Positions 41,470-52,125 of a stretch of 64,000 nucleotides of DNA are shown one piece after another. The translations under genes and the position numbers were made by a program. Numbering within the stretch: position 1 is the stretch's first letter; each line of letters opens with the position of its first letter. The stretch is taken from assembly GCA_963724765.1 (NCBI GenBank), contig CAVRVY010000002.1, positions 480,001 through 544,000 of the forward strand, written 5' to 3'. Source of the stretch: an uncultured delta proteobacterium. GTDB taxonomy: Bacteria; Desulfobacterota; Binatia; Binatales; Binataceae. Under the pieces are notes generated by a model, which worked only from the letters and a program-made list of their open reading frames with translations, did not search any database and was not told the DNA's origin.

Positions 41470-41860
41470 GCCTTGAAAGGACTCACCGGACTTAGCCCGA
41501 AGCAGTTCGATGGACTGGTAGGGCAGCTCAGGGTCCGTAGTTTTTCGCAAGCGCGCGATCATTTACAGCGCAAAGCAAGAAAGTGACACGATCCATATCA
41601 TACTCTCGGGCATCGCCCGGCTCACCTCCGTCAATCGCAAGAACGAACGTGTTCTGCTCGAGGTGCTCGGCCCTGGCGACGTGGTATGCATGCCTCCACT
41701 GCTGCCCGACGTGCGCCACAGTCTGGAATGCGAAGCTTTCACCGATTGCGAAATCGGCGTGCTCAGCGCAGACGCTATGGTCGAAACCGTCGGTCTTGAG
41801 TACGACAAATTCCTCCTCGCGCTGAAGCTCACGATGGGCCGCTGGTGGGCGCTGCTGTCA
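41470..41860 (+). pseudogene. Crp/Fnr-type cNMP-binding regulator fragment
   Basis: GIARLTSVNRKNERVLLEVLGPGDVV..CEAFTDCEIG; disrupted upstream, no HTH. Confidence 0.6.
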
Positions 41861-42376
41861 AACCATTCTGACGCGGAGGGAAACAACCAAGCTGAAGACC
41901 ATCGAGCTGCGACGCCGGCTGCATCACCAGGCTGCAGCCTGAACTTCGACTCTGATGGGCCTGATCCTCTCTTAAATCCATTGCTAACTTGTCCAAAAGG
42001 TTCTGACGACATACAGCTTGACGGACCCCACGGGTATCTAGCGCAGCGAACGCCACCACCTAAAGCGGCGCGAAGCGGAGACCGCATGGGCGGAGGGGTA
42101 AGGGGACGGGCCGCGACGCGGAGTTTACGGAGCGCTCGTGGGGCGGCTCACAGCGCAGCGCCGCGCGGCATGTTGCCGTGGACCGGAGGGGTATGATCAC
42201 GGTGGGACGGAAGGGCTTCTGGTAGCCGATGAATAAGCGGCAGATGGTCTTCTGGCGCTTGGGGATTGGTGTGAGGCCGGGTTTGGAGAAGCGCGATCAG
42301 GTCGTAGTGCTCTTCAGGGCGAATGGCGAAGCGCGCGACGGGCGTGGAAGCACAGCGACGAGATTCGCTTAAGTCG

Positions 42377-43141
42377 ATGAAACTGCAGATTCTGTCAGAT
42401 CTTCATTTGGAAATGGTCACGCCGCCGTATTCATGGCGCATTCCGGAGAGCGTTGCGGAGGTCGTGGTTCTCGCCGGCGATATCGGCGTAGGGGTCATCG
42501 GGGGTGAAGTGGGCGGTACGAGAGGCTGAGCGTCTCCGGAAGCGTGCTGTTTATGTGCCGGGCGAACCACGAGTATTACGGAGAGCGGCTGAACGTGCTG
42601 GAGAAGATGAGGGCGGTGGCGCGCGGCTCCCGGGTTTCTGTTCTGGATTTGGACGAAGTGATGCTGGAGGGAGTGCGGTTTCTGGGCGCCACGCTATGGA
42701 CCGACTATCTGGCTTTTGGGCGCGAGCATCGTCGGGACGCGATGGATAAGGCGGCCCGGTTCCTGAACGATCATCGATTGATCAATCGTCCGGACGGCTT
42801 TACGCCGGGGGATGCGCTTGAGCGTCACGAACGCGGACGAGCGTGGCTGGAGGCAAAGCTCGCCACCAACTGGGATGGTCCGACCGTCGTGGTTACTCAC
42901 CACGCTCCGTCTCTCCTGGGCACGGACGGGAGATTCCGGAACGATTATCTGACCGGCGGCTTTCGTTTCCGACCTGAAGGAGATCATCGGGAAATATTCG
43001 CCGACCACCTGGATACATGGCCACACGCATCACTGCGTTCAGTACATCGTCGGGAAGACTCGGCTGGTCGCAAATCAGATGGGCTATCCGCACGAGCCCG
43101 CGACGGGACAATTCGATCCGGGTTTGGTGGTCGATATCTAG
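42377..43141 (+). CDS. Calcineurin-like metallophosphoesterase (about 3 frameshifts)
   Basis: SDLHLE, LAGDI, GNHE across a shift, GATLWTD, THHAP, WIHGHTH, NQMGY. Confidence 0.85.
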
Positions 43142-43159
43142 TTGCCGGGACCGGTGTAG

Positions 43160-43450
43160 CCGCCGGTGCAAGACTGACCCAGGGTCACCGTGAGCGGTTC
43201 ATCGAATCGATCATCTCGACCTGCTACGTCGCGATGATGAGTTGTGGGCCGTCGTTCTTGGCGCTGTTCGCGCGCGGCGATGCCGGCTGTACAAGCAGGA
43301 CCTCGTCGGGCGCGGGAATCAGCAGCTGTTTGGGCGAAAGCGAATCGGCTTTGGTGGGATTTATCCAATCATCGGGGGCGGGGTCGTCGAGAACGACGGG
43401 CATGCGGTTATGAATGGGCCGCATCAGCGCGTTGGGCTCGCACGTAGTGA
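43160..43450 (-). pseudogene. 3' remnant of a second SRAP gene (diverged direct repeat of 44259-44550)
   Basis: CEPNALMRPIHNRMPVVL..ANSAKNDGPQLI; shared GACCCAGGGTCACCGTGAGCGGTTC. Confidence 0.85.
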
Positions 43451-43458
43451 CCTAGCGC

Positions 43459-43767
43459 TCATGCCGCGGCGGTCAGCGGTCGCGCACGTTCGATCCGCTT
43501 GCGTTCGCGGGGCGAATGCATCGCTTCCCACAGATCGCTGCGCCGCTGCACGTTCAGCCAGAAATCCGGGCTGTTGCCGAACACGCGGGCGAGAATGAGG
43601 GCTGTCGCCGCCGTCACATTGCGACGATTGTTGCATAGTTCATTGACATGCTTGCGTTGCACGCCCATCGCTTCAGCCAGCGCGCCTTGCGTCAGGCCCA
43701 TCGGCTCCATGAACTCTTCAATCAGAATTTCGCCAACGCTCGCTGGCTTGCGCTTCGTCGTCAGCAT
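43459..43767 (-). CDS. higA: HigA antitoxin
   Basis: GEILIEEFMEP.GLTQ..LA..F..SPDFWLNVQ. Confidence 0.92.
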   Translation of the reverse strand: MLTTKRKPASVGEILIEEFMEPMGLTQGALAEAMGVQRKHVNELCNNRRNVTAATALILARVFGNSPDFWLNVQRRSDLWEAMHSPRERKRIERARPLTAAA

Positions 43768-43775
43768 GGCTCACC

Positions 43776-44072
43776 TCACAGATAACTATGGTCGTCCAGA
43801 TAGACGCCTGTCGCTTCACCTCGGCCGCCATCCCACTGGAAGATGAGCCGCCATTGTTTGTTGACGCGGATCGAATGGAAACCTTCCAAATTGCCGTGCA
43901 GCTTTTCAAAATGGTTGCTGGGCGGCACTCGTAAATCCTGAACCGTCGTCGCATCGTCGATCATCTGGATTTTGCGGAACAAACGGCTTTCCAGATCGGA
44001 TGGGATTTTCTTTGATCGAACGTCCTCGACAAAGAATTCGCGCAGCCAGTCATCCCGAAAGCTCACGATCAT
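43776..44072 (-). CDS. higB: HigB/RelE toxin
   Basis: MIVSFRD..DLRVPPSNHFEKL.G..HSIRVNKQWRLIF. Confidence 0.92.
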   Translation of the reverse strand: MIVSFRDDWLREFFVEDVRSKKIPSDLESRLFRKIQMIDDATTVQDLRVPPSNHFEKLHGNLEGFHSIRVNKQWRLIFQWDGGRGEATGVYLDDHSYL

Positions 44073-44283
44073 TCCGTGACTCCATTATGAACCAATGTAC
44101 CACTCTATGGGATCACCCGCAAGCTCGATGCCCGATCTGCCGGAAGCACTGCACAACCGTTCACGTCGGCCGCCCATCTATCGGACGGGGCATCAACGCT
44201 CTCGATCAGCCTGACCTGCTTGAGCAGCCCCTGCCGGGCTGGCGACAGCCGCTTGTAACCGCCGTCGCAAAACTGACCCAGGG

Positions 44284-44994
44284 TCACCGTGAGCGGTTCA
44301 ACGAACCCATCATTTCCACCTGCTCAGTCGCGACGAGCAGTTCTGGACCTTCGTTCTTAACGCTGTTGGCGAGGGGAGATGCGGGTTGCGCGAGCAGGAG
44401 ATCGTCAGGCGCGGGAATCAGCAGCCGTTTGGGCGAAAGCGGGTCGGATTCGGTAGAATTCATCCAATCATCAGCGGCACGGCCGTCGAGAATGACGGGC
44501 ATTCGGTTATGAATGGGCCGCATCAGCGCATTTGGCTCGCAGGTGATGATTGTGAAGGTCGTCTCGGGCCGCTCCTTTTCGGGAAACCAGTCTTCATATA
44601 AGCCGGCGAAAAGGATCAGCTTGCCATCGGCGCGATGAATCCACATGGGCCGCCGCGCACTTTTCGGGCCGGTCCATTCGTAAAATCCGTCCGCCGGCAC
44701 GACGCATCGCCGCTTCTTGAAGGCGTCGCGGAACGACGGGCGCTCCTCGACGGTCTCGCCCTTGGCGTTGATGCATTGGGTGGCACGCGAGGTGTCCTTC
44801 GCCCAGCGATTAACTAGGCTCCAGCGCGCGGGGACGATCTTTCGGGTTTCGTACTCAGTTATGAGGATGAAGAGGCGCTGCATCGGCGCAGCGTTGTAGC
44901 GGGGCGTATAATCGGGCAACTGCTCGGGTGGAACACCCAACTCGGCAGCAAGCGAGTTGCGATCGCCGCGCGTCAGCGTGTATCGACCACACAT
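44284..44994 (-). CDS. SOS response-associated peptidase (SRAP/YedK/HMCES family)
   Basis: N-terminal MCGRY, INAKGET, RRC..PADGFYEW, IHNRMPV. Confidence 0.95.
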   Translation of the reverse strand: MCGRYTLTRGDRNSLAAELGVPPEQLPDYTPRYNAAPMQRLFILITEYETRKIVPARWSLVNRWAKDTSRATQCINAKGETVEERPSFRDAFKKRRCVVPADGFYEWTGPKSARRPMWIHRADGKLILFAGLYEDWFPEKERPETTFTIITCEPNALMRPIHNRMPVILDGRAADDWMNSTESDPLSPKRLLIPAPDDLLLAQPASPLANSVKNEGPELLVATEQVEMMGSLNRSR

Positions 44995-45749
44995 GGCGGG
45001 GAATTTTAACTCAGCCGGCGATTGCCGTACAGCAAGCGACGCAATTTGCTCGTGCTGGCCTGCTCCCCAATTTCCCCGCAGTCATAGGTAGAGTCGGTTG
45101 AAGTAATGCCCCTGGCGGGGCGATGGAACAAGGGGCAGTCCGCGGAGCCCCCCGAGGCCGGGAAGAGCCTCGACGAACCCTCTACCGACCCTCGGTCATA
45201 ATGGGCCGACGGACGTTTTGATGTTGTCCGGAACTTGGTCGTTTTCAGGACATTCAGCAGATAGTATATCGTCGTATAGATTGGAAACCTTTAGTGGAGC
45301 GCCACCGCCGGGCCCAGATTTTATGCGCTGCCGGCTCTGTTCTATGATTTAGACGGTCTTGCCTACCGGGGCTTTTTCGAGTTGCCTGCGTTCGTCTTCG
45401 AGCTTGTTTTTGCGCTTTTTCAGGTCGGAAGCGTATGACTTGAGATTTTCGAGGTCGCTCGCGACCTCATCGTGAGCAGGAAGTACACTCCCTGCCGCTA
45501 AGGGCTTGTCGTGGCCTGAGTACTCCGATGCCCGCTTCATCCCAAAAAAGACGCGGCGATAGTCTTCGTCCTCGACGCGCACGCCCTTTAATGATTGGGT
45601 CGCCACGTCACGCTGAAAACGCCCTACAACATCGTTCAGGAGGAGTTCTTCAACGAGGCGCTCCCAAGTCTCACGCAAGTCGCTGTAGAAATCCTTGACC
45701 TTCTCACGGTAAGCGTCCCTCGAGGATTCAGGGATTTTGCGGAGAGCCG

Positions 45750-46856
45750 CTAGTGTTGTGTCCCATTAATAAGTTTACAGATGCGCTGGAGTTTGTTGAA
45801 TATCGAGTCGGCGGTGGCAGTCCAGACGAAGGGCCGCTTGTGGGCATTGTAATGAGCCACGTAGGCGTCGATCTTCCCCACCAGTTCCCGGACGTTGCGG
45901 AACGAGCCGCGGCGAATCGCTTGCTGGGTGATAAGCGCGAACCAGCGCTCGATCTGGTTGAGCCAGCTTGAGTAGGTGGGCGTGAAGTGAAGGTGAAAGC
46001 GCGGATGGCTGGCGAGCCACGCTCTGACTTTGGGATGCTTGTGAGTCGCGTAGTTGTCGGCGATCAGGTGCAGTTCAAGATCGGCCGGCATATTAGCATC
46101 GAGATGTTTCAAAAAGCTCAGGAATTCCTGGTGGCGATGGCGCGGCTTGCACTGGGAGATGACCCCGCCGTCGACGATGTCCAGTGCCGCGAAGAGCGTG
46201 GTAGTGCCGTGACGATAGTAATCGTGAGTCACTCCCTCGACATAACCGAGCCCCATTGGCAGCACTGGTTGGGTGCGCTCCAAGGCCTGCACCTGGCTCT
46301 TCTCATCCACGCACAATACCAGCGCGTTGTCCGGCGGATTAAGATAAAGCCCAACGATGTCGCGGACCTTTTCGACGAAGAACGGGTCGGTGGACAGCTT
46401 AAAGCTCTTGCTCCGATGTGGTTGCAGGCCGAACAGCGCGAAGTAGCGCGCGACCGTGCTCTTGGAGATGCCAGTATGCGCCGCCACGCTGCGCACGCTC
46501 CAGTGGGTGGCGACGGCGGGCTTGCTGTGCAGTACCTTGCGCAGCAAGCCCGCTACCTGTTCGTCGCTATGGCTGCGCGGTCGGCCCGGACGAAGTTCCG
46601 CGTGCAGCCCGGCGATGCCGCGTTGCTGATAACGCTGGCGCCACAGACTGACCACCGGAGCACTAACCCCGCAGCGCCTGGCGACCTCTCTGTTGGCGGC
46701 GCCAGCGGCCGACAGCAGCACGATCTGTGCGCGCCGCACCAACGAATGCGGCAGGCTGCGCGAACGCACGATCGAGCGCAGTTGCGACCGCTCCGACTGA
46801 GTAATCATCAAGGCTGCATTCGGCCTGCCCATCCCATTCAACCTCCACCGGACCAT
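45750..46856 (-). CDS. IS630 transposase
   Basis: CVDEK, DYYRHGT, DNYATHK, PTYSSWLNQIERWF. Confidence 0.95.
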   Translation of the reverse strand: MVRWRLNGMGRPNAALMITQSERSQLRSIVRSRSLPHSLVRRAQIVLLSAAGAANREVARRCGVSAPVVSLWRQRYQQRGIAGLHAELRPGRPRSHSDEQVAGLLRKVLHSKPAVATHWSVRSVAAHTGISKSTVARYFALFGLQPHRSKSFKLSTDPFFVEKVRDIVGLYLNPPDNALVLCVDEKSQVQALERTQPVLPMGLGYVEGVTHDYYRHGTTTLFAALDIVDGGVISQCKPRHRHQEFLSFLKHLDANMPADLELHLIADNYATHKHPKVRAWLASHPRFHLHFTPTYSSWLNQIERWFALITQQAIRRGSFRNVRELVGKIDAYVAHYNAHKRPFVWTATADSIFNKLQRICKLINGTQH

Positions 46857-46902
46857 AGCAGATGGGCCTCACTCCTGTAAAGTTATTTGTGGGACACAAT
46901 AC
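45753..46902 (-). mobile_element. IS630-family insertion sequence, 1150 bp, TA target duplication
   Basis: TIRs GTGTTGTGTCCCATTAATAAGTTTACAG / GTATTGTGTCCCACAAATAACTTTACAG; TA at 45751-52 and 46903-04. Confidence 0.93.
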
Positions 46903-49431
46903 TAGTTTGCGTTCGAGGTCGCCCAAGCGGGCCGTCACTTTTTTGGCCTGCCACGGTTCTTCGTTGCCGAAAACGGTTCCAAAGCCTAGCTCTGGCGTGC
47001 GCCGAATCCAGTGGCAAACGATCGGTACGGTTTGCTCTGCGGCCGCAAGGCGCAGCTCGTGGTAAAAAACCAAGTCATGGGTAAACACTATGACCTGGCG
47101 CCCGTTTCGAGCTTCGACGACGAGGCGGCGTGCGACGCGGCGTGTGCGCTGGCAATCAAGCGATGAAACGGGGTCGTCGATGATGATTCCGCTGTGGTCG
47201 GCGATGCCATCTACCTCGGCGAGAAAACAGCCGATCGCGAGCGCACGGAACTCGCCGTCGCTGAGAATTTCCTTGTTACGAACCTTAACGGCTGCCTCAA
47301 GTCCTACACCGATGTAGCTCGCACCGTGGTCGCTCCGGTCGTGAATCTTGAAAGGAAGGTAACCCAATTCCAAGTGTTGGATTTCCCTCGAAAGTCTGTT
47401 TTCGAAGCCCGTCGTGAGGTGTTGCTTCCGCAACTCCGTATTCTTCCGGGAGATTGCGGTGGTATCGCAAGCGCTCCTACAGGCTACGACACGACTCAGT
47501 AGATCCAGGTCCTCTCGACGCTTGAGCAGTGCGGGCAAGCTGACGGAAAGTGTTTTTCGTGCACGATTATTCTTTACCTTCGCTTCGAGTTGTTTGCGAG
47601 CCTCTGGACTTTTCATCGCATCGTGGCTCGCTGCCTTAACCTCCAAGCGAGCGCGGGCGGCGTCGAGTTCAGGGGCCGGGCCTTGTGGGAGGTCGGGGAC
47701 TTGTTCCCACTCGCCACTGGTGAATGCGGTTAGAATGTTTTTCTTACTGAGAGTCAAGGCATCGAGATAGGCGAGTACTTGCTCCATGAGAGCGTTCGCC
47801 TCAGGGTCCTCACTTATCAGGGACTCCATCATGGCCTGAACATCGGCGCGCGGACGAAGCAGAAGCCGCTCGACATTACTCTTTGCATCCTCGCGAGTTC
47901 GTTCCTCGTGCGCTGCGTGAGCCTCCGCGGCGCCCTGCACATATTTGTCGAAGCTTTTGAACCGAGTAATCGCGTCTGGATCAAGAATTTGCTGGCAGAG
48001 GACGCAACGTGCTCCATCACGCGTAACAGGAAATAAATCGTTCGGATACGCGACCGCGCTGTATTCCTTGGCGTACCGGAAGAGAAGCCTCCAAGCGTTT
48101 GATCCGAATCCCAAGAGGACGTCGCCGGCTGTTGCCTGTGCTGCCGCGAGCCTTGCCGCTTCCCTTGCGGCCTTTGCTGCTTCGCAGGCGCGGCGGTAGC
48201 CTTCCGCAGCTTGTCGGTCCAGCCTTGAGGTTGCTGCCTGAAGGGCTTGCTCGATTGTGCTGATGGTCTGAACGAGAGTCCGACACTTCCGCGCCAGCAC
48301 TTCTGGGTCCTCAATCAGTCGGCGTTCATCTTCCTGGACTGCGAGTTCGTCCTTCTGTGACCAAGCACACGCAGCTTCTATGATTTCCTTCGTCGGAATA
48401 TCTTGCGGGAGAGCGCCCTTGGCTAGCCGCGAGATGAGGGTTGACGCCCCGGTGTCTGCCGGAACAGATGGCAGAGGAGTGGCAATGCGTTTCTCAATCT
48501 CGGTTCGCTCGCCATCTAAAACATCAGAGAGTTTTTCGCAAAGCCCACCCAGTCTGGTCATAACGTCCAGACCTGCTGGGAGAAACTCAATCCTGTTCTG
48601 TTGGTCGGCGTAGAGGGATACGGTCTTCGCATCGAATACGGAGATGCGCGATAGTGCCTCGGGTGGCTCACCAGCCCCGTCTTTCCACCGGACCTCTGTG
48701 GGTTCGGTCGTGCCGACCGTGAATCGCACTGTTGCCTCAGGGCGCGTACCGACACTGGAAGGGTCGAAGGCGTTGCCGCGAATATCTTCCTCTCCACCTT
48801 CGCGGACATGACATAGCTTTTTCAGAATGCGGCAGTAGCCGCTCTTTCCACTTCCGTTGTCGCCGTAGATTACTGTAAGGCCGCTGATGCCGAAATTGAG
48901 AACCTGTCCGGTCGCTAAACGATTCGTGTTTACCAAGTGCCCGAGGGAATTGAGAATGACTGGTGGTGCGTCGGATGGCTGCTGAGGAATGTGAGAAGCG
49001 GAGAACGGAATCGGTGTGGGTGCGGCTCCCTGATGGAGCCCATACTGTGCCTTCAGCATGGCCAAGGCACTCCGGAGATCGGAATCGGTGAACTCGGCCT
49101 GTGCGAAGAGCCTTCGGATGACGTCTTGTTGCCACCCGGCCCTGGTTTGCGAGAAGGCTAGTATGTCATCGGCAATGGACATTGATTTTCCCAACGTAGC
49201 CAAATGTCAAGCGCAGGGATAGCTTATAGTCACACTAAAGCATGGTCATTAGAGAATTGGTCGCACTCGGCTTGAGTTCGCCTGCGGCACGCGCGGCCCC
49301 GCCGCGCCCACATGCGCGGCCCGCATGCCGATTTGCCAGTCTGCCGTGTGGAGGAACTTCATGTGTCGGCTCCTGAAAGCTCACCTGCTGCTATGAGGCG
49401 CTGCGTAATCGCGGTCAGGTATAGCGGTTGG

Positions 49432-52125
49432 TCAAATTGTCTGTTTGTATTCCCTGAAGCCATCAATCAATTGTTGAAATGAGGTTGGCTTGTACTTCTT
49501 GAAACTCTCTTCGTCCACGTAAACAAAGTCGTATTTCACGTCCGGCCTGCACCCGATTGATGTCTTCGCACCATTGCCGCAGCCGTTCCATCTTCAGCGG
49601 CACATCCAGGTCTTCCTGCCCTTTGGTTTCGACAATAAAAATCCGCTGGTCGGACAGCTTGACCAGAAAATCCGGGTAGTAGTTGGAAATGTCGCCGTCC
49701 GCATTCACGTAGTCCAGCTTGAAATTCACCGCCAGATAATTCTTGGCGTAGGAAATCACGTCGTCGCAGTCGTCCAAGAAAGCGGGCGAACAGCAGCTCA
49801 AGTTCGCTGTCGCCGATGATGCGGTTGAAGACGCTCTTCTTCGGGACGAGGTAGCCCTGGTCCTTTGCCACAAAGGGCCGCGTTTGCCGCAGCTTGATTG
49901 TGTCGCGGATTTCGGCGTCGCCCTTGTCCTGCACGGTCAGAGCATTGATCGCCTTCTTGAACGTCTCGATCAGGGTTTTGGTGGCGGCCAGTTCCGAGAG
50001 GTTGCGCAGCGTGTTCGGGTCTTCCAGCTCCACCGGACGGTCAAACAATTCGGTCTGCACAAAGGCTTTGACCTTGCCGTACAGCACGTCGTAGCCGCTG
50101 ACCAGCCGCAAATCCTTCATGATGGTTTGCGCGAAATAGCCGATCACGCTGCGGTAGTCGGCAACGCCTGCCGTATCGAGGATGGTGGTATGCGTCACCT
50201 CGCCGGTGGTGATGTCCTTGAAGACGATCTCCCGCTGTTGTTCCTCGCTGAACTGCAGGTAGGCCACGCGCTGATGCGCCAGCGCGCCGACATCCAGATC
50301 GCTCAGGTTCTTGTATTCGCGATAGATGCGGGGCGTCAGCACGGGGATTTCAATATCCAGCGCGTCGATGTCTTTCTTCTCGTTTTCCTTGTCGATCTCC
50401 ACCACCAGCGGGGTTTTTGGCTGGGTGCCTTCGCCCATCGGCTTGCGCTCCAGCACCACGCCTTCGGCCTGGATGGATTCCACGAAATCCATGAAAGCAT
50501 CCGTGCCAACGACGCTGACGTATTCTTCCACGCCGCCGGGATACATCTTGCGCAAGCCGCGCCCGAGCGTTTGCTCGGGCAGGATGTTGCTCTTGGCGGA
50601 ATAGGCGCGCAGCCCCACAATGGTGGTGACGTTGCGCACGTCCCAGCCCTCTTTGAGCACCATCACGGAGATGATGGCTTTGTAGGGGCTGTCCAGCCCG
50701 TCGATCGCGTTGGCTTGCTCGCGCAGCTAGTCCAGTTCCTCTTTGCTCTTGCCCGACGTCGATTCGGAAATCTCGCCGTTGTTCTTGGTGTGAATCACCA
50801 GCACCGCGTCTTTCAGATCGGGATAGTGGCCTTCCAGATACGCGGCCACGTCGTCGCAGTTGCGGGTGTCGTCGGTCATCACGAACAGGATGGCTTTCTT
50901 GCCCATCTTTTCGTGCTCGGCATACGCCTTGCGCCATTCGATCACGCCCAGATGAATGTAGTCGGCGTATTTCTCGGTGAACTTGGCGCTCTTGCGCTCC
51001 ACCAGTTTGGCGCGGCTGGGAGCATCGGGCAGGACGGGATGCTTCACCACGTTTTGCGAGATGGCTTCCACCAGCGGGTAATCGGCGACTGTCTGCACGA
51101 AAATCGCGCCGTTGTTGTGCCTGGGCGTGGCGGTCACGTCCACTTGCAGCGAGAGCGCGGACCCCTTTTGCTTCAGCCGGTTGTGAATATCCTCGATCGA
51201 TTTGAACCACGCCATGCGCGGGTCGTGAATGTGGTGCGCTTCGTCGTTCAACACCACCAGTTCGTCAATGTCCCGCACGATCATGCCCAGGTCCACTTTG
51301 GAGTCGGTGGTCGCGCCGCTCGGCCGCTTGCCCAGGAAATAGTCCATCGTGTCTTCGTCATCGGGCGAAGCGGGAATGTCGTCGCCGGCATAGACGCGAT
51401 GGATGTTGGTCAGGAAGATGTTGCCGGTGGGGCGGGTGATGCGCACCTCGTCCTGCACGTGCAGGGTCAATTGAAAATCGTCGCGCCAGTTGCGCCCATC
51501 GAAGCCGTCGTCGGGCAAGACCGGGTCGTCTTTCAAGAAGATGCGCAGGCCCTGAAAATCCTTGTAGATGCGGTCCAGCACGATGATGTTGGGGGCGATC
51601 ACCAGAAAATTGCGCGCCAGTCCTGATTCCGGCTCGTACAGTTTGTGGAAAAAGCTCCACGCCAGCACCAGGCTCAGCACCTTGGTCTTGCCGGTGCCGG
51701 TCGCCATTTTCACCACGAACCGCCGCCAGGTCTCGTCAAACATCCCGGCCGACACCGCACCGGAACTGTCGAAGCGCATCAGGTCGTACTTGTCCTTCAC
51801 GCCCACCACGTCGTACAGATAGATGATGGTTTCCAGCGCCTCGCGCTGGGCAAAGTAATATTGAAACTCGGCCATCGTGCCGTCAGCCTTGCGGCATCAG
51901 GTGCGGCGTATTGAACCACCAGTTGAGCAGGCTCTTGCTGGTGTCCGTCGCTCCCGCATAGCCGCTGTCCCGCCATTCCTTCACTTTCTTGCGCAGTTGC
52001 GACACCAGCGGCGGCATCAGCTTTTCCGAGCTGGACTCCCGCAGTGCTTCATCCGCCGGAAACCAGCGGATAGCCGGGTCGAGGATGGCGTAGGGCGATT
52101 CGGGAAAGTTGGGATGCAGCGCCAT
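49432..52125 (-). CDS. res: Type III restriction enzyme Res subunit (split by about 3 frameshifts and one TAG at 50727)
   Basis: MATGTGKT, NDEAHH, TATP, LKEGWDV, EQTLGRGLR, YYPDF..VETKG nuclease. Confidence 0.88.

Larger units (their letters stand above)
45349..49182 (-). pseudogene. Rad50/SMC-like ABC ATPase (RloC-like), interrupted by IS630
   Basis: GDNGSGKS, CVLC zinc hook, LSDGE, IIDDPVSSLD, FTHD; removing the IS restores ERKLAALRKIP..LRETWERLVEE. Confidence 0.85.

Noticed and set aside
45087-45190. Lysine riboswitch or known ribozyme
   Set aside because: Only the GGTAGAG start resembles one; core motifs and gene context are absent (kept as an unassigned structure)
46663-46902. C-terminal extension of the 846-aa ATPase ORF
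   Set aside because: Read-through into IS630; the true C-terminus is at 45349-45750
50727-50729. Amber readthrough/recoding in res
   Set aside because: Single case amid many indels; TAG is a normal stop in other genes here and no suppressor machinery is visible
49884-51626. 580-aa plus-strand ORF and similar long antisense ORFs (e.g. 7179-8336, 38541-39608)
   Set aside because: Antisense shadows of real high-GC genes, with no motifs
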